A stretch of 64,000 bases of DNA, from assembly GCA_965649765.1 (NCBI GenBank), contig OZ287748.1, positions 83,824,001 through 83,888,000 on the forward strand, written 5' to 3'. The notes under the pieces are model-generated. The model made no database searches and was not told the origin of the DNA. It was given only the letters and a program-made list of their open reading frames with translations. Numbering within the stretch: position 1 is the stretch's first letter; each line of letters begins with the position of its first letter. Of the stretch, positions 37,001 through 50,370 are shown one piece after another. Both the position numbers and the translations under genes were made by a program. Source of the stretch: Bispira polyomma. Lineage: Eukaryota.

Positions 37001-38226
37001 AATGAAATCACTCTGCGTCATAATCCAGTTTGACTGGGTTATTTGGGTTGTGGTGGCTTTTGCTAAAAACAGCTCCAATTATTATCGAGTGGGTTAAAGT
37101 TGATGTAAAAAACCCTCGCACACTGAGGCACGGCCTGAAATGTACCCCAAAGACCTACATTTATGTCAGGACACACACCTCTTCTAATAGTCAGTAGAAT
37201 TATCACCCGGGGAGGAATTTGATTGATTATCACCCACAGGTGATGGTGGCTACCAATCCTTCCTTTTGCAAAACCCCACTCATTAAACACTGACAATTTT
37301 TTTGTTAATTTTTTGAGAGGGTTTTCGGGGGTGGGTGGGAGAGGTTTAAATCCATTAACACCACGGATGTGTTTAAGTTAAAAGCAAGGAAATTCCATCA
37401 GATCTACCTGGTAATAACAAGTATCAATTTCCAGGAGCTTCCATATGTGTATTGCAATTTTCAATAAAAGCTAGGTACAGCTTGAAATCAATTTAACGTT
37501 TTTTATGGGTGGTCAAGTTTTAATTTTTTCAGGGATTCGTTATGTCCCTTTCCGTATATAGTCTTTGGTATTATAATGTTAAGGGTTATCCTGTCCCTTT
37601 CTTCTTTTCTAGTCAAAATTCTTTGGAATCCACTTTATACCAAAAAAGTTATCAGGAACTTCATGAAGGTAATGTTAGATTCAGATTTGCCATTTTCCAA
37701 ACATGTATATTTGTGTGACTGTCTCTGAATGCATCTATCATCTCTTATACTATTATATTCTTGATATTATACATTTATAATATGGTGACACATATCACCA
37801 ATGGAGCACAGAGTGCTTCATAAGCACAGGTCATATGGATTAGCTGCAATGTTAAGTCAAGCTTAAATTTTACGGCCCATTTACTGTTTGTGAAATAGTA
37901 ATATAAAATAAAATTATGTGAAGTTGTCATTTGTGTAGGTGGCAGTAAAAAAAATCCTTCTCTTTCAGCACACCTACCACATGCCTACCGTTGCAGTTAT
38001 AAATACAATCAATCATACATGTAGCTAAGCATTCAATCTGTTTGTTAGTGGATTCTAAGACACGTCATCAAAATCACTAACCATATGACAACATGCTAAA
38101 CCAGGCAAACATTGTTGTAACCAAGAAGACTGCTAGTGATTGGTAGCAAAGTCTTTGGGGCCAAGGCTTTGTCAAACAAGTATAAATTTAAAGTATAAAT
38201 TTAAAACATGACAAACCTCTTCCAAC

Positions 38227-38480
38227 TAGACCTTGGATTTCCATATGACAGTTACTTGATGATGACATACAAGTAGCAGATGTGGCTACTGTAACTATCT
38301 GTTCTTTTAGGTAGACCTTGAATATTTGTAAAAAAGGTACATGATAAGGACTTACAAGTAGCAGATGTGGCTACTGTAACTATCTGTTCTATAAGGTGGA
38401 CCTTGGATTTCTGTATAGAAGGTACATGATAGGGACTTACAAGTAGCAGATGTGGCTACTGTACCTATTTGTTCTATAAC
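38227..38480 (+). repeat. Paralogous 85-bp array, 3 units
   Basis: Same unit as 30697-31781; starts ~38233, 38318, 38403. Confidence 0.9.
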
Positions 38481-38710
38481 CTATTTGCTGAAAACCTCAG
38501 TAAGTTCAAATGTGTTTAACCGTTCCTAACATTTTGTCACAAAGGGTCATAACATATCATGCATATCGCCCCACCTTTGTTATGAATTTAAAATATTGCA
38601 GTAAAGTGAGGGCAACCAGATGTAGTCTGAAATCCATGTTGACTGTTGACTGACTTTGAATATGTTCAACTTGTACAATAAAAGTGTCAACCTTTACAGA
38701 ACATACAAAC

Positions 38711-40089
38711 TACAGAAGAGTATAAGGGCCAACTTTTTTTTTTTTTTTTTGAATTGCCGAGATAATATCTCGATAAATCAAGATAATTAAAAAAAACAAA
38801 AATTTGAATTGTCGAGATAATATCTCGATAAATCGAGATAATTTAAAAGAATTTTTTTTTATTGAATTGTCGGGATAATATCTCGATAAATCAAGATAAT
38901 GTAAAAAACAAAAAAAAAAAATTTTTGAATGGTCGAGCTAATATCTCGATAAATCGAGATAATTAAGAAGATTTTCTTTTTTTTGTATATTTTATTTTCC
39001 AATGTACAATAGTTGATAGCATGGTGTTTGGGCATTTTCGTAAATTATTTATGTAACGCATTTGTAACATATAGTACATACTACAAGTAATCCCTTAAAT
39101 ATAAATGGCAGTTTATTTTAAAAGGTAGCCCTTAAGGTTGGCTTAACTAAAACTGCTGAGTCCCTAGTAAAGATTCAAGTAACTTAAACTTAATGTAAGA
39201 TGACCTTAAGTCTCTTCTTTACAAGTAGTATGCTATAATGGGTAGATGACATTAAGTCATTCTACTTTTTCTAATTAAAGTTAACCTTAAAAGCATGGTT
39301 ATTATAGTTAATGTTAATCTTAAAGTCATTCACATTATGGTGACTTTAAGTCACCCTTGGTAATTTAAAATCGTAATTCTCTATAGTTTAGTAAGGTGAC
39401 CTCAAAGTCACTGTGTTATCTATACTCATGGGCTCTAACTTCTTGGTCACCTAAAATTGTAATTAGTAGATAAAATGACAAATACTGACCAATTTTGTTG
39501 AAATTGACTTTTGTTAAAAGCCTGATTACCTACTTTTGACCCTAACTCTGAGTGTTTGTATCTTGCCCTGATTAACTACTTTTGACCCTATAACTGTTTG
39601 CTGATTAACTACTTTTGACCTCTATGACTGTTTGTGTCTAGCCCTAATTAACTACTTTTGACACCTATGACTGTTTGTGTCTTGCCCTGATTAACTACTT
39701 TTGAACCCATGACTGTTTGCTGATTAACTACTTTTGATCTCTATGACTGTTTGCTGATTAACTTTGACCCGATGACTGTTTGTGCCCTTTTCCATGTTGG
39801 CTGTTCAGTTGGCCACTCACACACCTTCCTTCTCCATGGTGGATAATTAATATGGTGACAATTTAAAAAAAATTCCTTTTAATTATCTCGATTTATCGAG
39901 ATATTATCTCGACAATCCAAAAAAAAAAAAAATTTCATCTAAATTATCTTGATTTATCGAGATACTATCTCGACAATTCAAAAAAAAAAATTAAAAAATT
40001 TCATCTAAATTATCTCGATTTATCGAGATACTATCTCGACAATTCAAAAAAAAAATTTTTAAAAAAGTTGGCCCTTATACTCTTCCGTA
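38711..40089. mobile_element. Non-autonomous TIR DNA transposon (TAC...GTA ends, 7-bp TSD), copy B only
   Basis: TIR TACRGAAGAGTATAAGGGCCAACTTTTTT; TACAAAC at 38704-38710 and 40090-40096; absent from copy A (~31995). Confidence 0.92.
39522..39787 (+). repeat. Internal minisatellite, 7 units of ~33/43 bp (CTGATTAACTACTTTTGACC...)
   Basis: Units at ~39522, 39568, 39601, 39644, 39687, 39720, 39754. Confidence 0.85.
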
Positions 40090-43000
40090 TACAAACACAC
40101 AAAACTTTATTTTTTTTTAATTTGTTTTTTGTGATTCCTGTTAAAATTCGTTCTTTTGGCCATATTGTCTCTGGAAAATTTAACACCCATCTAAACAGTC
40201 TTCCTTTTCCTCCATAGCCACACGAATCTACTAATTGGCTCGTATTAGGGTCATGATTACTGGTTTATCCATTTTAATGTTGTGCTCCCTGGCATGAAAA
40301 AGTGCATTAAAAATCTACCATATATTCCAATACAATACAATTTATGAGCCAGAAATGATAGTTCGTGGGACTGAAAGAAATCTCTCCAACAAACATTCCT
40401 TTAAACTATAGTTCTTTTCCAGCAGTAAAAAAAAACCAGAATTACAAAACGTTAGCTCTCTTTGGAAGCCCTCTCCTTTGATGCAGAAAAAACTCACACT
40501 TCTCTGTGCAGAATCTTAAGTAACTGGTAACATCCGGTACCTGACAGCCGAAGCCTTATGATGTCATCACTGGACTTCTTTGTCTATTTTTTAAAACATA
40601 TAAACTATGAAATATATTTTCAGGGTGTTTTAAATGCGGAGGGAGTCAAGATTTGCAATAACTAAAGCAAATTTTGCAAATAGACCGCCAGCATTTTAAC
40701 GGTTTGTTCTTGTTACTTTATGACCAAAGGCAATTGGCCCAAATCTACCTCTTTTTTGGCTTGCAGTCAAATTTTTAACTATCTCCATATGAAGAAACCA
40801 CATTCATTTTGAATGGCTGCTGTAATTAACAAGATAGTTTTAAGTGGAACAATTGTCCACTACGTCCACTTGGGAAAGTATTGTCTTCTGTTATTTGCAA
40901 TGGGTCAGTGGTGTATGCTACAAATATAGAGATTACTGTTTACTATACATATCTTTTACCAATAATATGATGCTGGCCGGGACACAAACACAAATATTTT
41001 TCAAAACACCCGCCAACTAGCTACAATTTTGGCAATTTTGATAATAGATTCGTTATTTCCATGATCTCGCTATTTGGGTAGATGTTACCTATGGTTTCGG
41101 GTGAGGTATTTGTTTGTGTCATCATGTTTAAGCAAACCATTTGGCGAAGTTAAGAATAAATACACATTCTGGCAGTTTACATTATGTTAAATAGACATCA
41201 TCAGTTTTTAGTGGAATGTATCTGGCATGTTATTCAGAATCTACCGTGAAATTTTTTTTTCTGAACAAGTAAATTAGATGTCACTGACCAGTGTATGAAG
41301 AACTATCTATCTAAAGTTGTTATTGTAATGTGGATATTGAGACACTTTATTAATGCCGGGCATCTTTTAAAGCTACTTTATCAGTTAGCTCCTAAGAATA
41401 CTCAACTTTGTGAATATGCTGGAATGGTGTACATGGAGTGGTTACACTGCATAACGTACTGCTTCGATTTTTCCTGAGAGTTATAATTTTAGGTTATGTA
41501 ATAATTCTGAATATGGAATTTAACAAATGTTTGTGGGGGATGCTTTGTTTGTGATGGGCTAGGCATGTTTTAAAGCATAAATTGTAACCTAGCGAATACA
41601 CAGTTAAGTAGTTGTCATTAGTTGGCAATGGCTGTATCTTGTTTAAGGATGTTATGACCTTCTCATTACCAGACCAACTCTCTGGTCGTGTAAGTTCATT
41701 GAAACCATTGGAAATCAAATGTTATAGAAAATGTCACATGTCAGCCAAAATATTCCAGTCAGAGATTGTTAGAGTTTATCTGGCACTTAAATTCTGCTCC
41801 ATGCAGCTCATCAAGTTAATAAAAATAGCAAAGTAGGAATCAATGGGGCCACTAAATGCAACAAATAACCTTTGTTGAATTATAATAAATCCCATATGTC
41901 TGTTGCATTGTGTTTTGTGTGGGTCACTTTCTTTGTTTCAATGTGTACTATTTATAAATTAAAGGAGTACATAATAAAAAATTTAAAACCAGATAATGAT
42001 TTCTTCTATAACTTTACACATTGATAATGTAGTGGGTTTAAATTTATTCCTTTATTCCAGTTAGTTAATACCTTCTATTGGCAAATGAAAACAAGCCATA
42101 AAAGAATAAACATTGATTTCAATACCATGACGGAATGTATAAGAACATGCTTTATTATGAACAAGCCTTATAGCCTTGCTTTTTAAGGCTAATAAGGCCT
42201 TGTAAAAACTTAGGTCTGGTTCGGTACCACCTCAAACAATCATATAAACATTTACAAAAAACCATGAAACACATATTGTCTATATATACCCCAGCAAAGA
42301 CACTGGCATTTCATACAAACATGTCTAAACTAAAAATGTCTCGAATTTTATCATATGAGGTGAGACTAAGTGGAAGTTACATTTTGCCCATGTGCATGTC
42401 CAGTATTATTACATGGACTAGAATTATAACCGTCAGGAAAATGGCAGAGGCAGTATCATATGTAGTTTGATAGCACCATCCCATCTAATGTGATCATATC
42501 ATTTACTTTTCTTGGGATTATATTTGGTCAGATTTGGTGCGCAAGGCCCTTAAGGCTCTAGTTTTTATATACAAATATTATAATAAACTTTAAGATATCC
42601 AGTTGTCTGAAAGCATTCACCAAAAAACCACCAATCTAGGATGTCCACAAAAATGTCTGTTCTAAGCAGCCAAATAATTATTTACTTTTGACATGGAATG
42701 ATCATGTTGCTTATATGAGAAAGTTGAGAAAAATTAAATGCATATAAAGTTTGATTCTTTTATTTAAAGTAATATGAGAATTTTTTAACAAAACACTTGA
42801 GCCTTCAGCTTGGCTAGATCAGACTTAGTGTCTACACATAACAATACAGAACAATCGGGACGAATGGCAGTTAAAATCAAACTAGGCCATTAAGAACAAT
42901 AGCTGATTGTAAACTCTACAAAAACAAGACCCATTTACAGGGTAACCCTGGATAACACATGGTTAAGAGATCTCAAAGTCTGCAGAAGTCTTAGCCCTCT

Positions 43001-46000
43001 GAGGAAAGGATTTATATGTACTTAATTATGAGCACATTTAGGAATTATTACGTGGTGAGTTGGAATTATACAACAGAAAAAAAACAAAAACAATATAAAA
43101 TGAACATTTCCAGTATGAAGATTAACTGTTGGCAGGTCAGTAAAGGTATGACAGCAAAATACCGAACTCAGCACCCACCAATGTTTGTCCTAGAAACTGA
43201 AAAGAAGATGTAACTTAAAGCTGATGTCAATAGATTAACTCCAGACATTGTTTATGGCTTATATACAGACAGTAAATGGGTTTTATTTATAAATTGGAGA
43301 CCAACAATCGAGTAGCTGACTTATTAGTTATTCATTACCTCAGTCAGGGCCTGACTCATGGATAGCCTTGGACTTAAAGCCAATATCCCAGGGTGACAAG
43401 GACAGCTAGATTGTATTTTGTCACCTAGGTAATCTACAAACAGGAAGAGGGTAAACATATTTCTGTTCCTAATGTCAAATCGTGTAAACTTATCGGCCTG
43501 GACAATTGATCATATTCTCTATTTCAATAACAGTTATAACAGCATAATTTTCTGACAACCTGCAGAGAGATTGAATGAATGATTTGACTTTAAAAACAGC
43601 TCTTTGCTTGATAAACAAAGCAAATTGTAGTTTTTGTGGACATGTTAGTTTTAGTGAGCAGGTAGTATTATATGTAGTTTGAAAGGATATCACTCTAAAC
43701 ATGTTAAATGCTATTATTTAACTGGTTCTGTGTGCATGCATGTTTTGTTGTACCAATTTAAGGTTACAGAATAGATAGTCTTACAACATAGTCTTGGTTG
43801 TCATCAGTAGGCAATGAGATGTTGACATCTGGCCCAAAGATGATATTATATCACAATAATAATATCAAACAGGCGACGTTCGTATCACCACACCAACACT
43901 CAGCCAGGAGTCAAACAGAGCTCCTCCTAATCACCAGTCTTACTCACTAAACACTAGGCCAAGTTCGTGCATATTTTACTCACAGGTGTATATAAAGTCC
44001 CTTTCATGAGTGACTCCTGAGACATAGAAGCAGTCATATTTTCAAGGTTAAGTCCCAACATCTAAGATCAAGTGTTGACTTGAGGTGAGACCACAAATTT
44101 TTGTCATGACAGATGACTATGACTTGAGACGATCATCAGTTTTAATCATCTAAAATGAGTTTTTAACAATACTTTCTGGTTAAAACAAACACAATGCCCT
44201 ACTTTATACTTGCACTAGATATTTGGAACAATTCTTGTTCTAGAAAGTTAAAATGTTGTGAATATTGATTAAACAGTTTAGAATATAAAGATAAATCAAC
44301 AGTTCAGTTTAGTTAGTTTAGGTTTTACATTACTTTCAACAGATTAGGTCATATCACAATGGCCTGATTGAATGGAGAAACAAACCACCAAACTATGCCA
44401 AGCACCTGACAAATTTTCCAATATGAAGCAACAAACGGGATTTGAACCCACATTTCTGAGAGGTCGGTCATTGTGAAGCTAACAATTCGATTTTTTAAAT
44501 TACCCGGGGGCGATATAAAAGGGGGTTATTTTTTAAATGCTACACCGGGCCTCAAGTGAGTTATTTATAAAGTATCTGTAAAAAAAGGAAGCACAACATA
44601 CTGCAATAAAGACACATTTGCTAGTTTATACTCCATGACACACCCCTAAAAACCATTTCCATAAAAACATCGGGGTCCATCAGGGGTCAGACGTTTACCT
44701 TGTTCATACTGCAGCTAATGAAATCACTCCATGTCATAATCCAGTTTGACTGGGTTATTTGGGTTGTGGTGGCTTTTACTAAAAACAGCTCCAATTATTA
44801 CTGAGTGGGTTAAAGTTGATGTAAAAAACCCTCACACACTAAGGCACGGCCTGAAATGTACCCCAAAGACCTACATTTATGTCAGGACACACACCTCTTC
44901 TAACAGTCAGTAGAATTATCACCCGGGGAGGAATTTGATTGATTATCACCCACAGGTGATGGTGGCTACCAATTCTCCCCTTTGCAAAATCCCACTCATT
45001 AAACACTGCAATTTTTTTTTTTTTCAAGTTTGTTTTTTGGTGAGGTTTAAATCCATTAACACCACGGATGTGTTTGAGTTAAAAGCAAGGGAATTCCATC
45101 AGAATTAGATGGTAATAACATCTATGCATTTCCAGAAGCTTCAATATGTGTATTTATTATACTCAATGCATGCAAAAATTACATAGCAATTTTCAATAAA
45201 AGCTAGGTACAGCTTGAAATCAATTTGATGGTTTTTATGGCTGGTGGAGTTTTAATTTTTTTTTAGGGATTGGTTATGTCCCATTCTACTGCTGTTTGTT
45301 TGTATAATACAATAATACAAACAACTGCCGTCCTTAAACTCATATACACATTAAAGACGTGTCATCCGTTATCTGCAACCGTTTTAGTGGAGAATTAGCG
45401 AAAATGGCCCAAACAGACTTACATTTCTGGCAGCATGAAATTATGAGATTAAAGGACCATCATCCATGCTTACATTTACTTAAGCACACTACGTCCACTA
45501 ATGCTTATGTGTCACCTTACGTGTGCTATTTTTAGCCATTTTTGTGCATTATAAAACGTAAGCCCAGTGTAACTACGGAATAAGACAGAACATCCTATGT
45601 TTATGTACGTTTATGACATTATTTTTCAAATTTACTGTAAGTTTTATCTTCTTTGTAAGGCCCACAAAGGCAAAGCCTCAGTTGGTCTAATCTTTGAATC
45701 ATGGTAAAATTCTGTGTATACCATGCTTTGTTGGGTGTTATTCCTATAGTCAATCATTTTAATGTTTAGTATTTCAAGTTGCTTAAACAAATTTAGCACT
45801 TTTTTGGTATTCCTGTAAAGTTTAGAAAAATGCATATAAAGACTTTATAGATTGTAGCATGAATGAATAAATGTGGACACATGTTTGGGTTGTATGTAAA
45901 ATACTAGACAGGCACTCAGTAGCGTGTTTACCTCAGCCAAAGTGCCATAGAGCACAAAAGTGGAATTAACCTTTAAACCTAAAAGTTAGTGTAATAAATA

Positions 46001-47087
46001 TGTTTTTGTCTGTCGTATTGTGACAGCCTCAAGACTGTCTCATATAAAATTATGTAATTCCCAAATACCATCTTTTCATATCTATTTGCATGAAACAGTG
46101 GCAATAAAAGGTATAACTGCAAAGCACACAAAAAGCTAAATATTATACCTTTTACTACCACCGTTTCATACATTTAGAGTTGCATCACTGAGAAGTTTTG
46201 TGGTTTTAGGGTGAATGGCAGCTACTGTATTTGTGCTTTTGTTTAGCAGTCGTTTCTGCAGCTTTGATTTTACACTTCCATGTAAATTGTGCATGTGTCA
46301 GCAACTTGATGGGAGACCAGAGACCAACAGTAGTTTAAATGAAGCAATTTGTTGCTCCATAATTTGTGTTGCGCTAGTCAATCTGGAAACAAGAAAAAAA
46401 TGGTTCTTTAAAAATTCTACATATTCTACGTCAAATAGGGAGGTGTTACACCCACAAAGGACAGATTATTGAAACTTCAACAGCCAATCATTCACTTTGC
46501 CCCTGCAGTCCACTGCAACTCACTAAGTTATGCATGTACCTTGTCTTCAAGCAATTCTACTAATTGCTAGAAAAATTAGTACCCCAAGGTCGATTGGCAC
46601 TTATCTTTTTTGGGTGTGGAGGGGTTGTCGGCCTTTTTATCAGGCTGAACCTGATATTGTTTCCATTCTGAAAAGGGTGCCGCCATCTTACAAAAAAAGA
46701 GTAAAGCCTTCATGGATTGGTTGGAAACCCTTCAACCCATCCAAACTGACAGGTGTCATATTAATATTTGTAGAGGGTGCCAAGCGGGCCTAAGTAAAAA
46801 GTGGTCATATCAACGTTAGTGTATTCACACTGTGCACCTGTGTCTTTTTTTAAAAGACAACTCTTGTTAATACTTTTTTAAACAAGTCTACATGTTAAGT
46901 CAAACCATGAAGTTTATTACAGTATATTTCTTAATATATCTGAGTTAGTTAATGTCAGAATAAGAGATATCTCAACATGTTTTATACATAGTTTACACAC
47001 TATAAATATCTACAATCAACCTGTCTATAAAGACGCCTTATTAGCGAGCCAAAATGGGTTGTATTCATATACATGTTCTCTTTGGAA

Positions 47088-47330
47088 TTTTAATTAGAAT
47101 ATTTAACGTCCACTCTAGTACCTGTTTAGGTTATATTGGGACGGGTAGTTAGAAACGCTGGAGGAAACACTGCATACAGTTGATCAAGGTTCTGCACTGA
47201 AACCAGTGGCCCACAGGAAGGAACTACCACCTTTCCCACATAGGCATCAACGGGAGTCGAACTTACGGCGTCCAGAGGTGAGAGACCAGTGATTGTGAAG
47301 CGCAATGCTTGCTAACCACTAGGCCACCGG
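47088..47330 (-). mobile_element. tRNA-derived SINE, same family as 33803-34053
   Basis: Near-identical reverse complement of the 33803 body. Confidence 0.92.
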
Positions 47331-48650
47331 TGAAGAAGCCTGGCATCGATAAGCCCTGTTAAATATGCAGAAATACAATAGAATGTCATAGTTTAATACA
47401 GGTGGTCTCACTTACATGTTTGACTATACATGGTTCAAGTTTCTGGGCTCTTATTCTCGAATGTATACTCAGCTCAAACTCATACTCAACCTAAATAGCT
47501 GGGTTCTCTATAACTTCGACACATATGGTTACAGCAATAACAGTAATCATTTCACTTGTCATCAGTAACTTGTGCTAGCATCTTGAAAATTTAATAAAGT
47601 AGTTGACCTTGTGAGTAGTAATATTAACTTTTAGTTTATGTGCAATTGTAGTGTACTAATACAATTTATGTGCAGCCTTGTCATTTCATTGAGTGCCTGG
47701 ACCTTGATCGTAGTAGACGGAGTTATAGATGGCTGGATATGGGGTTTTATTCTGAAATGGCCATCCATCATTTAGCTTAGCTCTCCGCCTGGAAAGACAA
47801 AATTTTACTGGAAAGTCCTAAAATAAGATTTTTTTTCTAAATTTCCTCTTAGTGATAAAAGACTCTTATACGAGTGCACAATGGAGCACGTGTTGTGTAA
47901 AATACTGTGTAACGTAGAGTTATATCATTCCCCTGGAAAGATATTTCGAGAATGTGACAGTCAATTCTGAATTCACTTTTATTGGTCATCTATCTATATG
48001 ATGTGGTACGTATACACGCCATATAACAATACAAACCCAAACATTAGCCACAGAACGGGCCTTTTAACCGCTTTTAACCTTGTATGAGTATTTGTGATCA
48101 TCACCGATCTCGAGTCAAGGCCAGCGCCGTAGAATTATCCATTATTACTGGAAGTAGAGGCATGGCGGAAATTAAGGCTGACCTCTGTCATACATGTTTT
48201 TTCGTCCAAAAATTACATTTGAAGTGAAACATTTCAATCAAAAGTACTTTTAGGAAAACTGAAAACTGCATTGTGTAATCCATAGAACTTACAGAAAACT
48301 ATTTTTAAGTGACAGAATCTGTATTTAAGATGAGTAATCAAGATCCTACACGTATATACCTGTAATAGCCCCCCACATTCGTCCAAACAACTAATGTTCA
48401 CATATATGTAACAACCTCTGTGTCAGAAAGATATCCTTGCGAGAAATAAAGTCAAGCAAATGTTTGAAATCGGAACTTTATGTTCCCTGTCTTGGTTTCG
48501 TGTGGCTGTACAATTTCTATATACATGTATATTGAACTTGTAGTTATTAGATGGTGATTATGTTAAACATTGTATAATTCTAGCTGGAAACAGAAATACC
48601 GGAAACATTAGAGACTTGTTATAATTAAGACACAGTTACTCAATGTTTAC

Positions 48651-49195
48651 CTCTAATCTATTCTAATCTAGTCGTACTTTTATAGCGCTTAATCTTTGTA
48701 CAACAAATTCTAAGGCGCAACAAACCCAAAACATTAATCAAAAATTAAAAAATAGTGGGCGGATGGAAGTTGTAACAAGAAAGACTACCGTAAATGGTTG
48801 CGACGGCTAAGGTGGAAAATCCTGTTCAAAAAGGTAGGCCTTCAGCTTACTCCTGAAAGAGGAGAAAGTTTGAGCCAGGCGAACATGATCAGGTAGGCTG
48901 TTCCAAATGAGGGGGCCATCATGAGCTAGGCAGTGATTGAACTGAACTTTGGATTTGTGGATGCGAGGGTCGAAAGTGGAAATGTTAAGGTATAATTTAT
49001 CAAGGTTACTGCGCCTTGTCCTGACTGAGCATGTATATTTGGATAGATGGGGGCTTAAATAAGTGGGTAATCCAGAATTTAGAAATTTATATATCATTGT
49101 TGCTGTTTTGAAAGCAACACGATATTTTATTGGGAGCCAGTGCAGTGACTTGAGTACAGGAGTAATGTGGGAAAATTTAGAAGTTTTGGTCACAT
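48651..49195 (-). mobile_element. 5'-truncated L2/CR1-group LINE
   Basis: ORF 48807-49193 HITPVLKSLHWLPIKYRV..WNSLPDHVR..FRSKLKAYLF (C-terminus of RT ORF2), 3' UTR and TAGAT-repeat tail. Confidence 0.9.
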
Positions 49196-49381
49196 ATCAG
49201 GACCTAAATAATATAATTAATTTACTGTGTACAACATAGCATTCCTACATACAAGTCTTATCAATACATCTATGTGTGTACATGCATATATGTTGTAATG
49301 TGTGTATTTCTTCTATCCCTTTTTTTGTAAATGTGCTTTGTAGAACGAAATAAGCTAGTGCTAGTATTATATGAGCACACA

Positions 49382-50210
49382 ATGAGGGTCGGCTTGCTGA
49401 CATTGGAATTGCCACGAAAAACGGTGAATCCATAACGCGCTCAAACATTCAAGTTGAATCTACGTTCGGCGCTAGCAACTATCGGGAATTTTTGGCTGCT
49501 GTGGCATGCCATGTTATATTTTAATCTGGTTCCCAGATATCCTAAGAACTATCCATAATGTTCACATATATTTAACAACCTGTTTTATCACAGACAGATA
49601 TATATTCAGCTCGGAAGATAGTGGGAAGTCATTCTTTCGAGAGAAAACATATCAAGAAAGTGTCTTGAATGAAGACATTATGTTTTTCTTTCCGGGGGAA
49701 GGTCCGCTGTAGACTGTGTCAGTTGAGTCATATTGACGAAATCAACTATACTACTTAGTATGATAATGCTGTACTTTCAATTAGAAAGCCTTTTTATGAT
49801 AAAACGAGTAAACCTTTTTAGGGTTTTTATGACTTTCATATTTATGTTAAACTTATACAGGCGTTTATAAAACCGGTCGGGGTCACAATACCGTCCGTTG
49901 CCTTTTTAAAATCTTTAACGACAGAAATTAATATTTAAAAACACATGCCACTTTATCTCTATGAATTAAAGCACAGAATACTCGATTCTATATTTTATGC
50001 AGTATATTGTCTAAAAGAACTAGCCTTGTATGTACAAAGTATCTGGAATAATCGAAAGGGATTTATTGACCAACTTTACCTAGTCAAACCCAATTTTATA
50101 GTTATTTTGAGTGACATATAAGCCCATCAGAGGGCTGGGTGACATTTTCTTTAGCTATTTTGTATTAGATGAATTAATGTAAAGTATGTTGCATGTCACT
50201 ATAATAAATG

Positions 50211-50280
<70 letters not shown>

Positions 50281-50370
50281 CGCCGAACGTAGATTCAACT
50301 TGAATGTTTGAGCGCGTTATGGATTCACCGTTTTTCGTGGCAATTCCAATGTCAGCAAGCCGACCCTCAT
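49382..50370. repeat. Perfect 93-bp inverted repeat (49382-49474 / 50278-50370); right arm sits inside a (TA)n tract (50213-50279 and 50371-50388)
   Basis: Base-by-base identity on reverse complement. Confidence 0.95.

Larger units (their letters stand above)
23450..37550 (+). repeat. Segmental tandem duplication, copy A
   Basis: Starts TCCGTATATAGTCTTTGG, ends AGGGATTCGTTATGTCCC; colinear with 37551-45282. Confidence 0.95.
37551..45282 (+). repeat. Segmental tandem duplication, copy B
   Basis: Colinear with copy A; the ORF track itself shows paired ORFs (33487/41612, 34392/42264, 37063/44839). Confidence 0.95.
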
